This document shows, piece after piece, positions 8,390 through 17,624 of a stretch of DNA of 51,101 bases; within the stretch, counting starts at the first letter, position 1; every line of letters starts with the position of its first letter. Source of the DNA: Acidobacteriota bacterium (GTDB lineage: Bacteria; Acidobacteriota; Terriglobia; 2-12-FULL-54-10); the NCBI GenBank assembly GCA_016199675.1, contig JACQGE010000177.1:1-51101 (forward strand), given 5' to 3'. Under the pieces are notes generated by a model that worked only from the letters and a program-made list of their open reading frames with translations, did no database searches and had not been told where the DNA came from. The position numbers were made by a program, and so were the translations under genes.

Positions 8390-9793
8390 ATGGGATCTCA
8401 GCCTAGGAAACCTTCGCCAGCTCGGAAAGCGGCTTTTGAGATTTTGCTGCGCGTCGAAACCCAATCGAGCTACGCGGCAGAATTGCTCCATAGCCAATAC
8501 ACGGCGTCCTTGTCAGCGCGGGATGCCGCGCTGTGCACCGAATTGGTTCTGGGAACGCTTCGCTGGCGGGGAATGCTGGATTTTCTGGTGCAGCAATTGG
8601 CTCGCATGCCATGGGATTCGCTGGACCCCGAGGTGAAGGTAGCCTTGCGCATGGGACTATACCAATTACGGTTTTTGAGCCGGATGCCATCGCGCGCCGC
8701 TGTCTACGAGACGGTGGAGTTAGTCAAAGCGGCTGGGAAGCGATCGGCGTCAGGAATGGTCAACGCTGTGTTACGTCGAGGCGCGCAGGCCGACTTGGCA
8801 TCTTTCCGCCCTCCCGCCATGCCAGAACTGGAGTGGCAGAGCATCGAGCTTTCTCATCCTGCTTGGCTGTTGGAGCGCTGGGCAGCCCGCTACGGGCGAC
8901 TGGCAGCAATTTCACTTGCCTCCGCCAACAACCAGCCTCCCAAAACTTCCTTCCGGTTGAGGACGAACGGTCAGTCGCCCTCCGAAATAGAAAATCAATT
9001 GCGGGAAATAGCGGTTGAAATTGGCCCCGGCAATTTCCTGAAGAACTGCTGGGTTCTCCGGAAAGGAAACATCGTCCGAACAGAGCCCTACCGTCGGGGG
9101 GAACTGATTGTGCAGGACGAGGCTTCGCAGATTGTCCCTTACCTGCTTGACGTTCGGGACGGCCATGGGGTACTGGATTTATGCGCAGCACCAGGCAACA
9201 AGACCGCACAACTGGCCCAATGGGCCGGGAACACGGGCCGGGTGGTAGCTTGCGATGCATATCTTCATCGCCTGAGAGAAATGCCCGTGCCCGGACAGGA
9301 CAACGTCTGGCGAGTGGCGCTGGACGGTAGACAACCCCTGCCTTTTTCCAACCCCTTCGACCGCGTCCTGGTGGATGCGCCGTGCAGTGGAACAGGAACC
9401 TTAAGACGCGACCCAGAAATTAAGTGGCGATTGTCATTGGAAGACATCCGCGAACTTTCTGAAACGCAATCTCAATTGCTGAGCAAGGCCGCCGGGATAT
9501 TAGCAACGGGAGGGCGGATGGTCTATTCCACTTGTGCGCTGGAAAAAGAAGAAAATGAAATGGTGGTAAGACGGTTTCTGGAGAACCACCCGAATTTTAG
9601 CCTCCTTCCCGTACAGTCAGAGAAGGTCCGCTTGCGAGATTTCCTCCAGCCGTCTGCGCTTTGGATTCTCGAGGGGGATTTTCTCGCAACGTTTCCCCCT
9701 AGGGACGGAACGGATGGTTTCTTCGCCGCGATCCTAATCAAAACAGATGGGAAAACGCATTCATCCAATGGTAAAATAAGTGGTAATATCTGA
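8390..9793 (+). CDS. rsmB: 16S rRNA m5C967 methyltransferase RsmB/Sun
   Basis: NusB-like N-terminal domain, SHPAWL, QDEASQ, LDLCAAPGNKT, DAPCSGTG, YSTC, DGFF. Confidence 0.93.
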   Translation: MGSQPRKPSPARKAAFEILLRVETQSSYAAELLHSQYTASLSARDAALCTELVLGTLRWRGMLDFLVQQLARMPWDSLDPEVKVALRMGLYQLRFLSRMPSRAAVYETVELVKAAGKRSASGMVNAVLRRGAQADLASFRPPAMPELEWQSIELSHPAWLLERWAARYGRLAAISLASANNQPPKTSFRLRTNGQSPSEIENQLREIAVEIGPGNFLKNCWVLRKGNIVRTEPYRRGELIVQDEASQIVPYLLDVRDGHGVLDLCAAPGNKTAQLAQWAGNTGRVVACDAYLHRLREMPVPGQDNVWRVALDGRQPLPFSNPFDRVLVDAPCSGTGTLRRDPEIKWRLSLEDIRELSETQSQLLSKAAGILATGGRMVYSTCALEKEENEMVVRRFLENHPNFSLLPVQSEKVRLRDFLQPSALWILEGDFLATFPPRDGTDGFFAAILIKTDGKTHSSNGKISGNI

Positions 9794-9809
9794 GGGCGGT
9801 AGGAACAAA

Positions 9810-10484
9810 ATGGCAGAGATTATTCCCTCGATTTTGTCAGCGGATATGGCTCGCTTGGCCGAGGAAATGGAAGCGGTCAAGGCGGGCGGCGCCGCGATGA
9901 TCCACGTGGATGTGATGGATGGCCACTTTGTCCCCAATATCACCATCGGGCCGCCGGTGGTAAGTTCGTTGCGACGCTCCACAGACCTTTTGCTGGACGT
10001 GCACTTGATGATCGAGAATCCCGATGCCTACATCCCGGAATTCATCCGGGCGGGAGCGGATCAGGTTTCGGTACACCAGGAAGCTGTAGTACATCTGGAC
10101 CGCACGCTAAACCTGATTCGATCCAGTGGCGCGGAGGCTGGCGTAGCCATCAATCCGGCCACTCCAATCGAGACCCTGTTGGCAGCGCTCGAAATCATGG
10201 ATTTCGTGCTCGTGATGAGCGTTAATCCCGGATTTGGCGGACAGTCTTTTATACCGTATACTTTGAAAAAGGTGCAGCAGTTGGACCAACTGCGGCACGA
10301 GAAATCCCTGGAGTTTCTGATTGAAGTGGACGGAGGACTCACTCCCGAAAACGTGGGCGAGGTAGTGCGCGCGGGCGCCGACTGGATTGTAGCAGGCTCC
10401 AGCGTTTTTCATAGCAAAGATCCACGTACGGCAGTAGAGACAATGCGCCGGGTGGCCCAGGAAGCGACGTTAAGCCGGATCTAA
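9810..10484 (+). CDS. rpe: ribulose-phosphate 3-epimerase
   Basis: PSILSAD, HVDVMDGHFVPNITIG, DVHLMI, MSVNPGFGGQ, EVDGG. Start moved to ATG 9810. Confidence 0.97.
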   Translation: MAEIIPSILSADMARLAEEMEAVKAGGAAMIHVDVMDGHFVPNITIGPPVVSSLRRSTDLLLDVHLMIENPDAYIPEFIRAGADQVSVHQEAVVHLDRTLNLIRSSGAEAGVAINPATPIETLLAALEIMDFVLVMSVNPGFGGQSFIPYTLKKVQQLDQLRHEKSLEFLIEVDGGLTPENVGEVVRAGADWIVAGSSVFHSKDPRTAVETMRRVAQEATLSRI

Positions 10485-10525
10485 CAACCTTAGCCAGGGA
10501 GAAAGAAGCCGCGAGGAGGAACAGA

Positions 10526-11626
10526 GTGCAGAGAAAGAAATCAGGATGGATGCTCCTCACCGTCGCCAGCATTTTACTGGCGACCGGCTGTGGTCGTCGC
10601 CCTTATGAAACTCCCATTGTTACAAATTCGCAACAGCCGGATAAGGAACTCTTTGATCGAGCCGTCGGCGATATTGAAAGATCCCGCTTTACCATCGCTC
10701 GCCTGACCTTGCAGACCCTCATCAACACCTATCCTGACAGTGAATTCATCGCCAAGGCCAAACTAGCCATTGCTGACACCTGGTTCCGGGAGGGAGGCAG
10801 CAGCAACTTGATGCAGGCAGAGGCCGAATACCGCGATTTCATTACATTCTTCCCAACCCTTCCCGAAGCCAGCGAAGCGCAGATGCGGGTAGCCATGATC
10901 CACTATCAAGAAATGGAAAAGCCTGACCGGGACCCAACTCATGCCCGACGCGCAGAGCAAGAATTCCAAAAAATATTGCTGAATTATCCAGATAGCCCTT
11001 TCGCGCCGCTGGCCGAACAGCGCTTGCGGGAAGTCCAGGAAGTTCTCGCGCAGGGAACTTTCGAAGTGGGTCGGTTTTATTTTCTTCAGGGCAACGACAT
11101 CGCAACGCAAGCCCGCCTGAAGGAACTGGTAGACCGTTATCCGAACTTCAGCCAGGCTGACGGGGCACTCTACCTGCTCGGGAGGTCTCTGGAACGGTCT
11201 GGAGAAAAAATGATGGCGGAAGCCATCCCATATTATTCTAGGATTGTCCGGAACTATCCCCTAGGCAGCCGGGCCAAAGATGCTAAGGAGCGGCTGGCAG
11301 CTTTGGGAGCTACGGTTCCCGAACCCGATCCGGCCGCTGTAGTCAGAATGACCTATGAGAATGCGCTGGCTCAACAGCAGGGACTCTTTGCGAAACTTTT
11401 GGGCGGTTTTGGTCGGCGCCCCAACGTCTTAGCTGCACAGGGAAAACTCGGCGCTCCCACGATGACAACCCAAGGCCCTGCCCAGGCGGGAGCCGTTTCG
11501 CCAGCGGTGCAATCACAGCAGAGTCCTACAAGCGGGGCCAGCCCGTCTCAAACTATTTTCCTGGAACCTGTTCCAGATTCCAATACGACCAGCACTCCCA
11601 CTAATCCTCCTCCCTCTAACCCGTAA
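10526..11626 (+). CDS. bamD: outer membrane protein assembly factor BamD (TPR lipoprotein)
   Basis: Lipobox LATGC; TPR repeats with YPDS turns, 'DRDPT', 'VGRFYF'; SD GAGGAGG; Ser/Thr/Pro-rich tail. Confidence 0.88.
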   Translation: MQRKKSGWMLLTVASILLATGCGRRPYETPIVTNSQQPDKELFDRAVGDIERSRFTIARLTLQTLINTYPDSEFIAKAKLAIADTWFREGGSSNLMQAEAEYRDFITFFPTLPEASEAQMRVAMIHYQEMEKPDRDPTHARRAEQEFQKILLNYPDSPFAPLAEQRLREVQEVLAQGTFEVGRFYFLQGNDIATQARLKELVDRYPNFSQADGALYLLGRSLERSGEKMMAEAIPYYSRIVRNYPLGSRAKDAKERLAALGATVPEPDPAAVVRMTYENALAQQQGLFAKLLGGFGRRPNVLAAQGKLGAPTMTTQGPAQAGAVSPAVQSQQSPTSGASPSQTIFLEPVPDSNTTSTPTNPPPSNP

Positions 11627-11725
11627 CAAGGACATTCCTTCAGCTCGATCAACTTTTCCATTTCATTCCAAACGCAAACCTCGTTCCCCGACTGATACCA
11701 CTACTCATCCGTTCTGTTCTGCCTA

Positions 11726-11754
11726 TTGACTTATCCTTGGGGCAGTGGTAAACA
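11726..11754 (+). promoter_or_regulatory. probable promoter for the receiver-domain protein
   Basis: TTGACT, 17 nt, TAAACA with TG extension; the -10 is imperfect. Confidence 0.35.
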
Positions 11755-11786
11755 AGGGCCATTCCCCCAGGAAAAAGGGAGTGCCA

Positions 11787-13031
11787 GTGGCCAAAATTCT
11801 TCTTGCCGATGACAGCACCCACGCGCAGCGAATGGGGACAAAAATTCTCTCTGCGGAGGGGCACGAAGTCACGACAGCCAGCAATGGACAAGCCGCCATC
11901 AAAATGATGGACGAATTTGCGCCGGATTTAATTGTGGCGGACATCTTCATGCCGGGGAAAAACGGCTACGAACTGTGCCAGTGGATCAAATCCAATCCAA
12001 AATGGAACCACCTACCCGTCTTGCTAACCATTGGGGCTATGGAACCTTATGATCCTGCGGAAGGCCGCAAAGCCCATGCAGATGGCCTTGTTACCAAGCC
12101 CCTGGAGTCTTCCGATTTATTAGAAACTGTCCAGAAACTGCTGGCCAATGTTAAAAAGCCCGTTCCACCGCCGCCTGTCCCCGCAGAAGAACCGGTGGAG
12201 GAAACAGCTCCTTTCGAAGAAGAAGAGACCCCAATAGCCCCTGCACCGGAAGAGTTAAAGTTGCCGGACGATTTCGCCCAGCAGCCCGTCGCCCTTTTCA
12301 ATGACTTGCTGGGGTCGCCTGCTCCTGCCGAAATCGAAAAAGACCCCTTCTCAGAGAGTGCTCCACTGGAGTTTCCGAAGGCAGAAGAAATCCTGCCAAC
12401 TCCGGAAACTGGCCAAACGTTCTCGGCGGCAAATTTTGTTGAACAAGAAATCACCCCGGAAAAAGAACAGCAACCCTTGGCACAAGATTTCCTGCTGGAT
12501 GCGTCCGCAGCGAAAACCGAGGAAACAGTCACGCTAGAAGCGCCTCCTGCCGAGGAGCCACAAACGGCTATTTCCGCTTTGTTAGAACCGCAGGCCGAAG
12601 AAAAAATGGTTTGGGTCGCGGAATCCGTCCCGGTGACCGCACAAGACGAAAAGCTGTTTGCTCACACCTCTGACTGGGAAAGCCTGACAAAGTTGACAGA
12701 GGAGGAAAGCCAAGACCAGCCGGCAACGGCCGTCAAAATGGAAAGTGAACCACTGCAGGTTTCCATGCAGACCCCTTCGCTGGGTCCACCGGCAGGGTCG
12801 CCGCAGCCAGAAGAAGAAACCTTGTCCAGCGAGCCAGGAATGACTGTGCCCTCCTCCTCTTTGGTTGTTTCAAATCTGCCGGAAACTTCTGAACCCACAG
12901 TTGCTCCCATAGACCGCCTCACCATCGAGCAGCTCGTGCGGGAAAGCGTCGAAGAGATGATGCCGCAAATTGTGGACCGGATTGTTCAGGCAATCGGGAT
13001 TCCTCTTCCCCCAAGGACCAACGACCACTAG
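11787..13031 (+). CDS. response regulator: receiver domain + long acidic Pro/Glu-rich linker + short C-terminal helix (RomR-like architecture)
   Basis: KILLADDS, VADIFMPGKNGYELC, VTKP. No DNA-binding output domain. GTG 11787 follows AAGGGA. Confidence 0.85.
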   Translation: MAKILLADDSTHAQRMGTKILSAEGHEVTTASNGQAAIKMMDEFAPDLIVADIFMPGKNGYELCQWIKSNPKWNHLPVLLTIGAMEPYDPAEGRKAHADGLVTKPLESSDLLETVQKLLANVKKPVPPPPVPAEEPVEETAPFEEEETPIAPAPEELKLPDDFAQQPVALFNDLLGSPAPAEIEKDPFSESAPLEFPKAEEILPTPETGQTFSAANFVEQEITPEKEQQPLAQDFLLDASAAKTEETVTLEAPPAEEPQTAISALLEPQAEEKMVWVAESVPVTAQDEKLFAHTSDWESLTKLTEEESQDQPATAVKMESEPLQVSMQTPSLGPPAGSPQPEEETLSSEPGMTVPSSSLVVSNLPETSEPTVAPIDRLTIEQLVRESVEEMMPQIVDRIVQAIGIPLPPRTNDH

Positions 13032-13091
13032 TCTTTCTCTTCCCCAACAAAGGCATTACCAAGCCGTAGCCCCAGGAACTGCTTAATCTTT

Positions 13092-13400
13092 CTATTTCTT
13101 GAATAGAGAATTCCACTTCTTGCGAGCGTCTTCAGCGGAAGTTCCTAATTTGCGAACCAAGTCCACGCGGGTGGCGGCTTCAAAATAATCGCAGTAGTTG
13201 GCCTTATCCTTGTACCGTACCCACTCCGCCTGAGTTTCGCGGCACTCGTTATGAACGGAAGGGTCAAAGAAGCGGCAATTCTTGCAGCAATGCAGGTCCG
13301 CATTGCACTGGGGACAGGTATCGTTCTTTAAAACTTTTTGTCCGGAGAGAAGCTGGATGGGATGCCCGCAGCTAAAACAAGCAAAAGTCACATCCGGCAT
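13092..13400 (-). CDS. small Cys-rich (putative Zn/Fe-S-binding) protein
   Basis: 102 aa from ATG 13400 with CFSC, CPQC, CCKNC and two further Cys; C-terminal helix ARKKWNSLF. Confidence 0.8.
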   Translation of the reverse strand: MPDVTFACFSCGHPIQLLSGQKVLKNDTCPQCNADLHCCKNCRFFDPSVHNECRETQAEWVRYKDKANYCDYFEAATRVDLVRKLGTSAEDARKKWNSLFKK

Positions 13401-13406
13401 AGAAAA

Positions 13407-13492
13407 ATTGTAGCATGAAAGCAAACTTCTAAGACGACTGCGGGGTTGCGGAAAAGGTCGCATCTGCTTCGCCGCCTTCGCCATGTTATATT
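13407..13492. promoter_or_regulatory. back-to-back extended -10 elements for the Cys-rich gene (-) and recG (+)
   Basis: Minus strand: TG-C-TACAAT 6 nt before ATG 13400. Plus strand: TG-T-TATATT (13484-13492) 8 nt before ATG 13501. Confidence 0.55.
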
Positions 13493-13500
13493 CCCCCTCA

Positions 13501-15618
13501 ATGATTACCTTGTCCACACCAGTCCGTTTCCTCAAAGGGGTGGGCGAAGCGCGGGCGCAGGTCCTGGAAACCAAAGGCATCCTCACCATCGAGGACCTGC
13601 TTTATTATCTGCCCTTTCGGTACGAAGATCGCACATGCCTGCGCGGACCGGGAGAGTTGCAGCCAGGAGAAATGGCTACAGTCATTGCTCCGGTGCTTCG
13701 CACCGAGATGCTTTCTTTGCGTCGGCGTTCCCTGAAAATCTTCCATGCCGAGGTGGGAGAAGGAAGACATCGACTGCACGGCAAGTGGTTCAACTCTCCT
13801 TACTTGCAACGGATCATCCGGCCTGGCCAATATCTTGCCCTCCACGGCAAAGTAGAAGAAGACGCCTACGAAGGCGGTTTGCAGATGGTGCAACCGCAAT
13901 ATGAAATTCTTCCGAATCTTCCCGACCACCTTTTCGATAGCGGAAACTCATTGGAAGTGGGTCGTATCGTTCCGATCTATGAAGCAGCGGGTGGTGGGCG
14001 GCTGACCTCGCGCTTTTTCCGCCGGGTCATCCATTCTGTTCTGGAATCACTCGGGGGGATGGAGGACCCGCTGCCTTCAGTAGTAGCCCAACAAATCGGA
14101 TTGATTCCGCGCTGGGAAGCGATTCGCAACATTCACTTCCCTCCCCCGGGAACTCGCTTGGCTGGTTTGGACCAGGCACGCAGTCCGGCTCACTTGCGGC
14201 TGATCTTCGAGGAGTTTTTTCTGCTGGAAACTGGTCTGACTTTGAAGCGCAAAAAAGCTCGTGAGATGCCCGGCATTGCCTTCCGCACGGATTCTCGAAT
14301 CCGAGAGTTTCTGAAAAAGGTGCTTCCGTTTCATCCGACCACCGCCCAAAAAAAAGCGCTGGCAGAGATCGTCGAAGACATGCGCGCCCCGCGCCCCATG
14401 CATCGCCTGCTTCAAGGCGATGTTGGCAGCGGAAAAACCATCGTCGCGCTGCAAGCTGCTGTCATCGCCATCGAAAACGGCTATCAGGTAGCCGTGATGT
14501 CCCCAACCGAGATTCTGGCTACCCAGCATTGTTTTTATTTTCGTCGCTTGCTGGGGCGCTCCGGTTACAACGTTGTCTTGCTGAGCGGGAGTGCCACGCC
14601 GCGCGAAAAAAGAGCGATCAAGAAGTTGTTGCGCGAAGGAGCAGCGCAGGTGGCGATCGGAACTCACGCTTTAGTCGTGGAAGACGTGGAATTCAAAGCC
14701 CTGGGACTGGTCATCACAGACGAGCAGCACCGTTTCGGCGTGATGCAGCGGCGGCGGCTCATGCAAAAAGGGCGCACTCCGGACACGCTGGTGATGACGG
14801 CCACGCCTATCCCCCGAACTCTGGCACTTACCCTATATGGGGACTTGGATGTTTCCGTGATTGATGAACTGCCTCCAGGACGGCTACCCATCATAACGCG
14901 CCAGATTCCAGTGGAAGCTGACTCGGAGGCGTATGAGTTTGTGCGCTCGCAGGTGGCCTTGGGCGCTCAGGCGTTCGTCGTCTGCTCTGTAATTGAGGAC
15001 TCCGAAGAATTAGAAGATCCGAAGTCAGCCCTCCAAACTCATGAACTTCTATCGAAACAGATCTTCCCTGAATTTAGAGTTGGCCTTCTGCATGGAAGGC
15101 TGACTGCCGAACAAAAAGAAAAAATCATGCAGGCTTTCCAAGCCGGGAAAATCCAAATCTTAGTGGGAACGACCGTGATCGAAGTTGGCGTGGACGTCCC
15201 GAACGCTACCGTGATGGTCATCGTGCAGGCCGAGCGTTTCGGATTGGCGCAATTGCACCAGTTGAGAGGAAGGGTAGGTCGGGGACGCCGGCAGTCGCAC
15301 TGTCTGCTGCTCACTTCCCGGCAGCAAACGGAAGTTGCGCAACAGCGCCTGGCCGCTTTAGAGCGCACAAACAACGGCTTTGAAATCGCGGAACTTGATC
15401 TGCGCCTGCGCGGCCCTGGTGAATTCATGGGAGTTCGTCAATCGGGCTTGCCCACCTTTCGCGTGGCCAATTTGCTCCGCGATCGGGAAATCCTGGAGCA
15501 CGCCCGCCGCCTGGCACTGGATTTTTTTGAAGCCGGTGACCGGCAGGAGCTGGCTCGTCTAGTGCGCTACATCAAAGAAAACTGGAACCGCCGTTACGGT
15601 TTGGTCGCTGTAGGCTAG
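13501..15618 (+). CDS. recG: ATP-dependent DNA helicase RecG
   Basis: LKGVG, P.RYEDR wedge domain, LLQGDVGSGKT, DEQHRFGV, MTATPIPRTL, QLHQLRGRVGRG, DLRLRGPGE. Confidence 0.97.
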   Translation: MITLSTPVRFLKGVGEARAQVLETKGILTIEDLLYYLPFRYEDRTCLRGPGELQPGEMATVIAPVLRTEMLSLRRRSLKIFHAEVGEGRHRLHGKWFNSPYLQRIIRPGQYLALHGKVEEDAYEGGLQMVQPQYEILPNLPDHLFDSGNSLEVGRIVPIYEAAGGGRLTSRFFRRVIHSVLESLGGMEDPLPSVVAQQIGLIPRWEAIRNIHFPPPGTRLAGLDQARSPAHLRLIFEEFFLLETGLTLKRKKAREMPGIAFRTDSRIREFLKKVLPFHPTTAQKKALAEIVEDMRAPRPMHRLLQGDVGSGKTIVALQAAVIAIENGYQVAVMSPTEILATQHCFYFRRLLGRSGYNVVLLSGSATPREKRAIKKLLREGAAQVAIGTHALVVEDVEFKALGLVITDEQHRFGVMQRRRLMQKGRTPDTLVMTATPIPRTLALTLYGDLDVSVIDELPPGRLPIITRQIPVEADSEAYEFVRSQVALGAQAFVVCSVIEDSEELEDPKSALQTHELLSKQIFPEFRVGLLHGRLTAEQKEKIMQAFQAGKIQILVGTTVIEVGVDVPNATVMVIVQAERFGLAQLHQLRGRVGRGRRQSHCLLLTSRQQTEVAQQRLAALERTNNGFEIAELDLRLRGPGEFMGVRQSGLPTFRVANLLRDREILEHARRLALDFFEAGDRQELARLVRYIKENWNRRYGLVAVG

Positions 15619-15635
15619 CCTTGGTTTCCTCGCCT

Positions 15636-16520
15636 CTACCTGCTCGCGGCGGCGAGTTGATTCCGGGCATGGTAGGAACTGCGGACCAAAGGCCCAGACT
15701 CCACGTGCAGGAAGCCGAACCGTTCGCCCTCCCGCTTCAGTTCCGCAAACTCTTCCGGCGTGTAGTAACGGCTAATCGGGAGGTGATCCGGTGAGGGCCG
15801 CAGGTATTGACCGATTGTCAGGATTTGACAACCGTGGTCAACCAAATCTCTCATCGTAACCAGAATCTCCTCCCATTCCTCTCCTAAACCCACCATCATC
15901 CCCGATTTGGTGGCAATGGCCGGGTCGAAGTTGCGAACCTCGCTGATCAGGCGCAAAGACTGTTCGTACCGAGCACCCGGACGGACACGCCCATAAAGCC
16001 GTGGAACCGTCTCGATATTGTGGTTGAGCACGTCGGGTCGCGCTGCCAGCACTTTTCCCAGTGCTTCCATCGAACCCTGAAAATCCGGAATGAGAACTTC
16101 CACGCGGCACTCCGGGCGGATGTGGCGGATCGCTTGAATGGTTAGGGCAAAGATTTCTGCTCCGCCATCCCGCCGGTCATCGCGGTTGACCGAAGTGACC
16201 ACGGTGTAGAGCAACCCCAACTGCGCTACCGCCTGCGCTACGCGCTCCGGTTCCTCGTAATCGAGCGGCAGCGGAGCGCCTTTGGGTACCGCGCAGAAAC
16301 CGCAGCGTCGGGTGCAAACATCCCCCAGGATCATGAACGTCGCGGTGCGCTGTTCCCAGCACTCGCCCAGGTTCGGGCAGCGAGCGCTCTCGCAAACCGT
16401 GTGCAGCCGCAGCCGGTTCGTCAGGACTTTCAACTCGTGATAGTTGGGGCCGCCGGGCAGGCGCGATTTGATCCATTCCGGACGTCTCGGCTGCACTGTG
16501 ACCAACATGGCTGCTTGCAT
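15636..16520 (-). CDS. lipA: lipoyl synthase
   Basis: CX4CX5C (CESARCPNLGEC), radical-SAM CTRRCGFC, C-terminal RSSY. Start is 16520 or 16508. Confidence 0.96.
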   Translation of the reverse strand: MQAAMLVTVQPRRPEWIKSRLPGGPNYHELKVLTNRLRLHTVCESARCPNLGECWEQRTATFMILGDVCTRRCGFCAVPKGAPLPLDYEEPERVAQAVAQLGLLYTVVTSVNRDDRRDGGAEIFALTIQAIRHIRPECRVEVLIPDFQGSMEALGKVLAARPDVLNHNIETVPRLYGRVRPGARYEQSLRLISEVRNFDPAIATKSGMMVGLGEEWEEILVTMRDLVDHGCQILTIGQYLRPSPDHLPISRYYTPEEFAELKREGERFGFLHVESGPLVRSSYHARNQLAAASR

Positions 16521-16527
16521 TCTACCC

Positions 16528-17550
16528 TCAGGCGCCGATATACCGCGCATACAAACTACGCGCCAGCCCCGGATTCGTGGTGCCTTGAATAATAGCTCGG
16601 CCGTCCGGGAAAATCGTCATTTGATAAGGAGCTATTGTAAACTGAAACACAAACGGATTAGACCGGACCTCACCCAGCGGCTTCAACCGTTGTTCCAGTT
16701 CCCCAAAATCTACCGCCCGCTTTCGCTCATGGATTTGCACCGAGTTGCGTCCGCAGAGCGTGACCGGCGCAGCGCGTGAGCCGGACAAGTAGGCAAATTC
16801 GCGTTTCTGGCACGCCTGGCAATCTTCCGCTGGCTTACCTGGATTCACCGCCTGGAAGCGATTTTCCCAGACATCGAGTGATAGCAGTTTGCCATGCAGA
16901 GCGTTGTGATCTCCCAGCAGCAACTTCAGAATCTCAGCCACCTGGATGGAAGCCACTGCGGAGGCCGCCGCGTTGATGATCCCTTCCGTGTCGCAGGTGG
17001 TGTTTATCCCCGAGGGCGGCTCCGGAAACAGGCACGCCAGACACGGGCCGCTACCGGGCACGATGGTCATGGTCACGCCGTAACTGCCCACCGCCGCCCC
17101 ATAGACCCATGACACATTGTTCTGAACGCTGAAATCGTTCAGCAAATAACGGGTTTCAAAATTGTCGGTCCCGTCCACAAAGGCGTGAATCCCCGAGAGG
17201 ATTTCGGCGATATTCTCCGCCGTGAGGTCGGCTACAATTCCCCGCACCTTCACGCCAGAATTAGCTTCCCGGAGATGAGCCTCCGCAGCCACGGCTTTCG
17301 GGAGAGACTGAGCGGCATCGTTTTCGTCAAACAGCGTTTGCCGTTGGAGATTGCTCTCCTCCACGTAGTCGCGGTCAACGATCAACAACTCCCCGACACC
17401 GGCGCGAACCAGCATGGAAGCCTGCTGGCTTCCCAAAGCGCCGCAGCCCACAACAGCTACCCGCGAGGCCAACAGTTTCTGCTGCCCTGTTTCCCCAATG
17501 TGCCGGTAGAGGATTTGCCGGGAATATCTCTCCCTCTCTCTGGCGTCCAT
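16528..17550 (-). CDS. ThiF/MoeB family adenylyltransferase
   Basis: RYSRQ, GCGALG, DRDYVEESNLQRQ, DGTDNF, CLAC/CQAC zinc motifs. Start at ATG 17550. Confidence 0.92.
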   Translation of the reverse strand: MDARERERYSRQILYRHIGETGQQKLLASRVAVVGCGALGSQQASMLVRAGVGELLIVDRDYVEESNLQRQTLFDENDAAQSLPKAVAAEAHLREANSGVKVRGIVADLTAENIAEILSGIHAFVDGTDNFETRYLLNDFSVQNNVSWVYGAAVGSYGVTMTIVPGSGPCLACLFPEPPSGINTTCDTEGIINAAASAVASIQVAEILKLLLGDHNALHGKLLSLDVWENRFQAVNPGKPAEDCQACQKREFAYLSGSRAAPVTLCGRNSVQIHERKRAVDFGELEQRLKPLGEVRSNPFVFQFTIAPYQMTIFPDGRAIIQGTTNPGLARSLYARYIGA

Positions 17551-17556
17551 AGAGCC

Positions 17557-17562
17557 ATTATA
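17557..17562 (-). promoter_or_regulatory. consensus -10 (TATAAT) 6 nt upstream of the ThiF/MoeB start (leaderless-type)
   Basis: Minus strand reads TATAAT-GGCTCT-ATG; no SD. Confidence 0.6.
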
Positions 17563-17624
17563 AGGAGAACAGTCTGCTTTTTCGGAAATGGTTGAGAGGA
17601 AAGACACGGCAAGCCTGCGGCCGA

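Noticed and set aside
13401-13589. 63-aa N-terminal extension of the Cys-rich ORF
   Set aside because: Overlaps the recG start and the divergent promoters; the real start is ATG 13400.
15636-17550. ThiF/MoeB + radical SAM pair as a RiPP or cofactor cluster exported by the adjacent RND
   Set aside because: The radical SAM enzyme is a canonical LipA, ThiF/MoeB has its own -10, and no precursor peptide or sulfur carrier is present.
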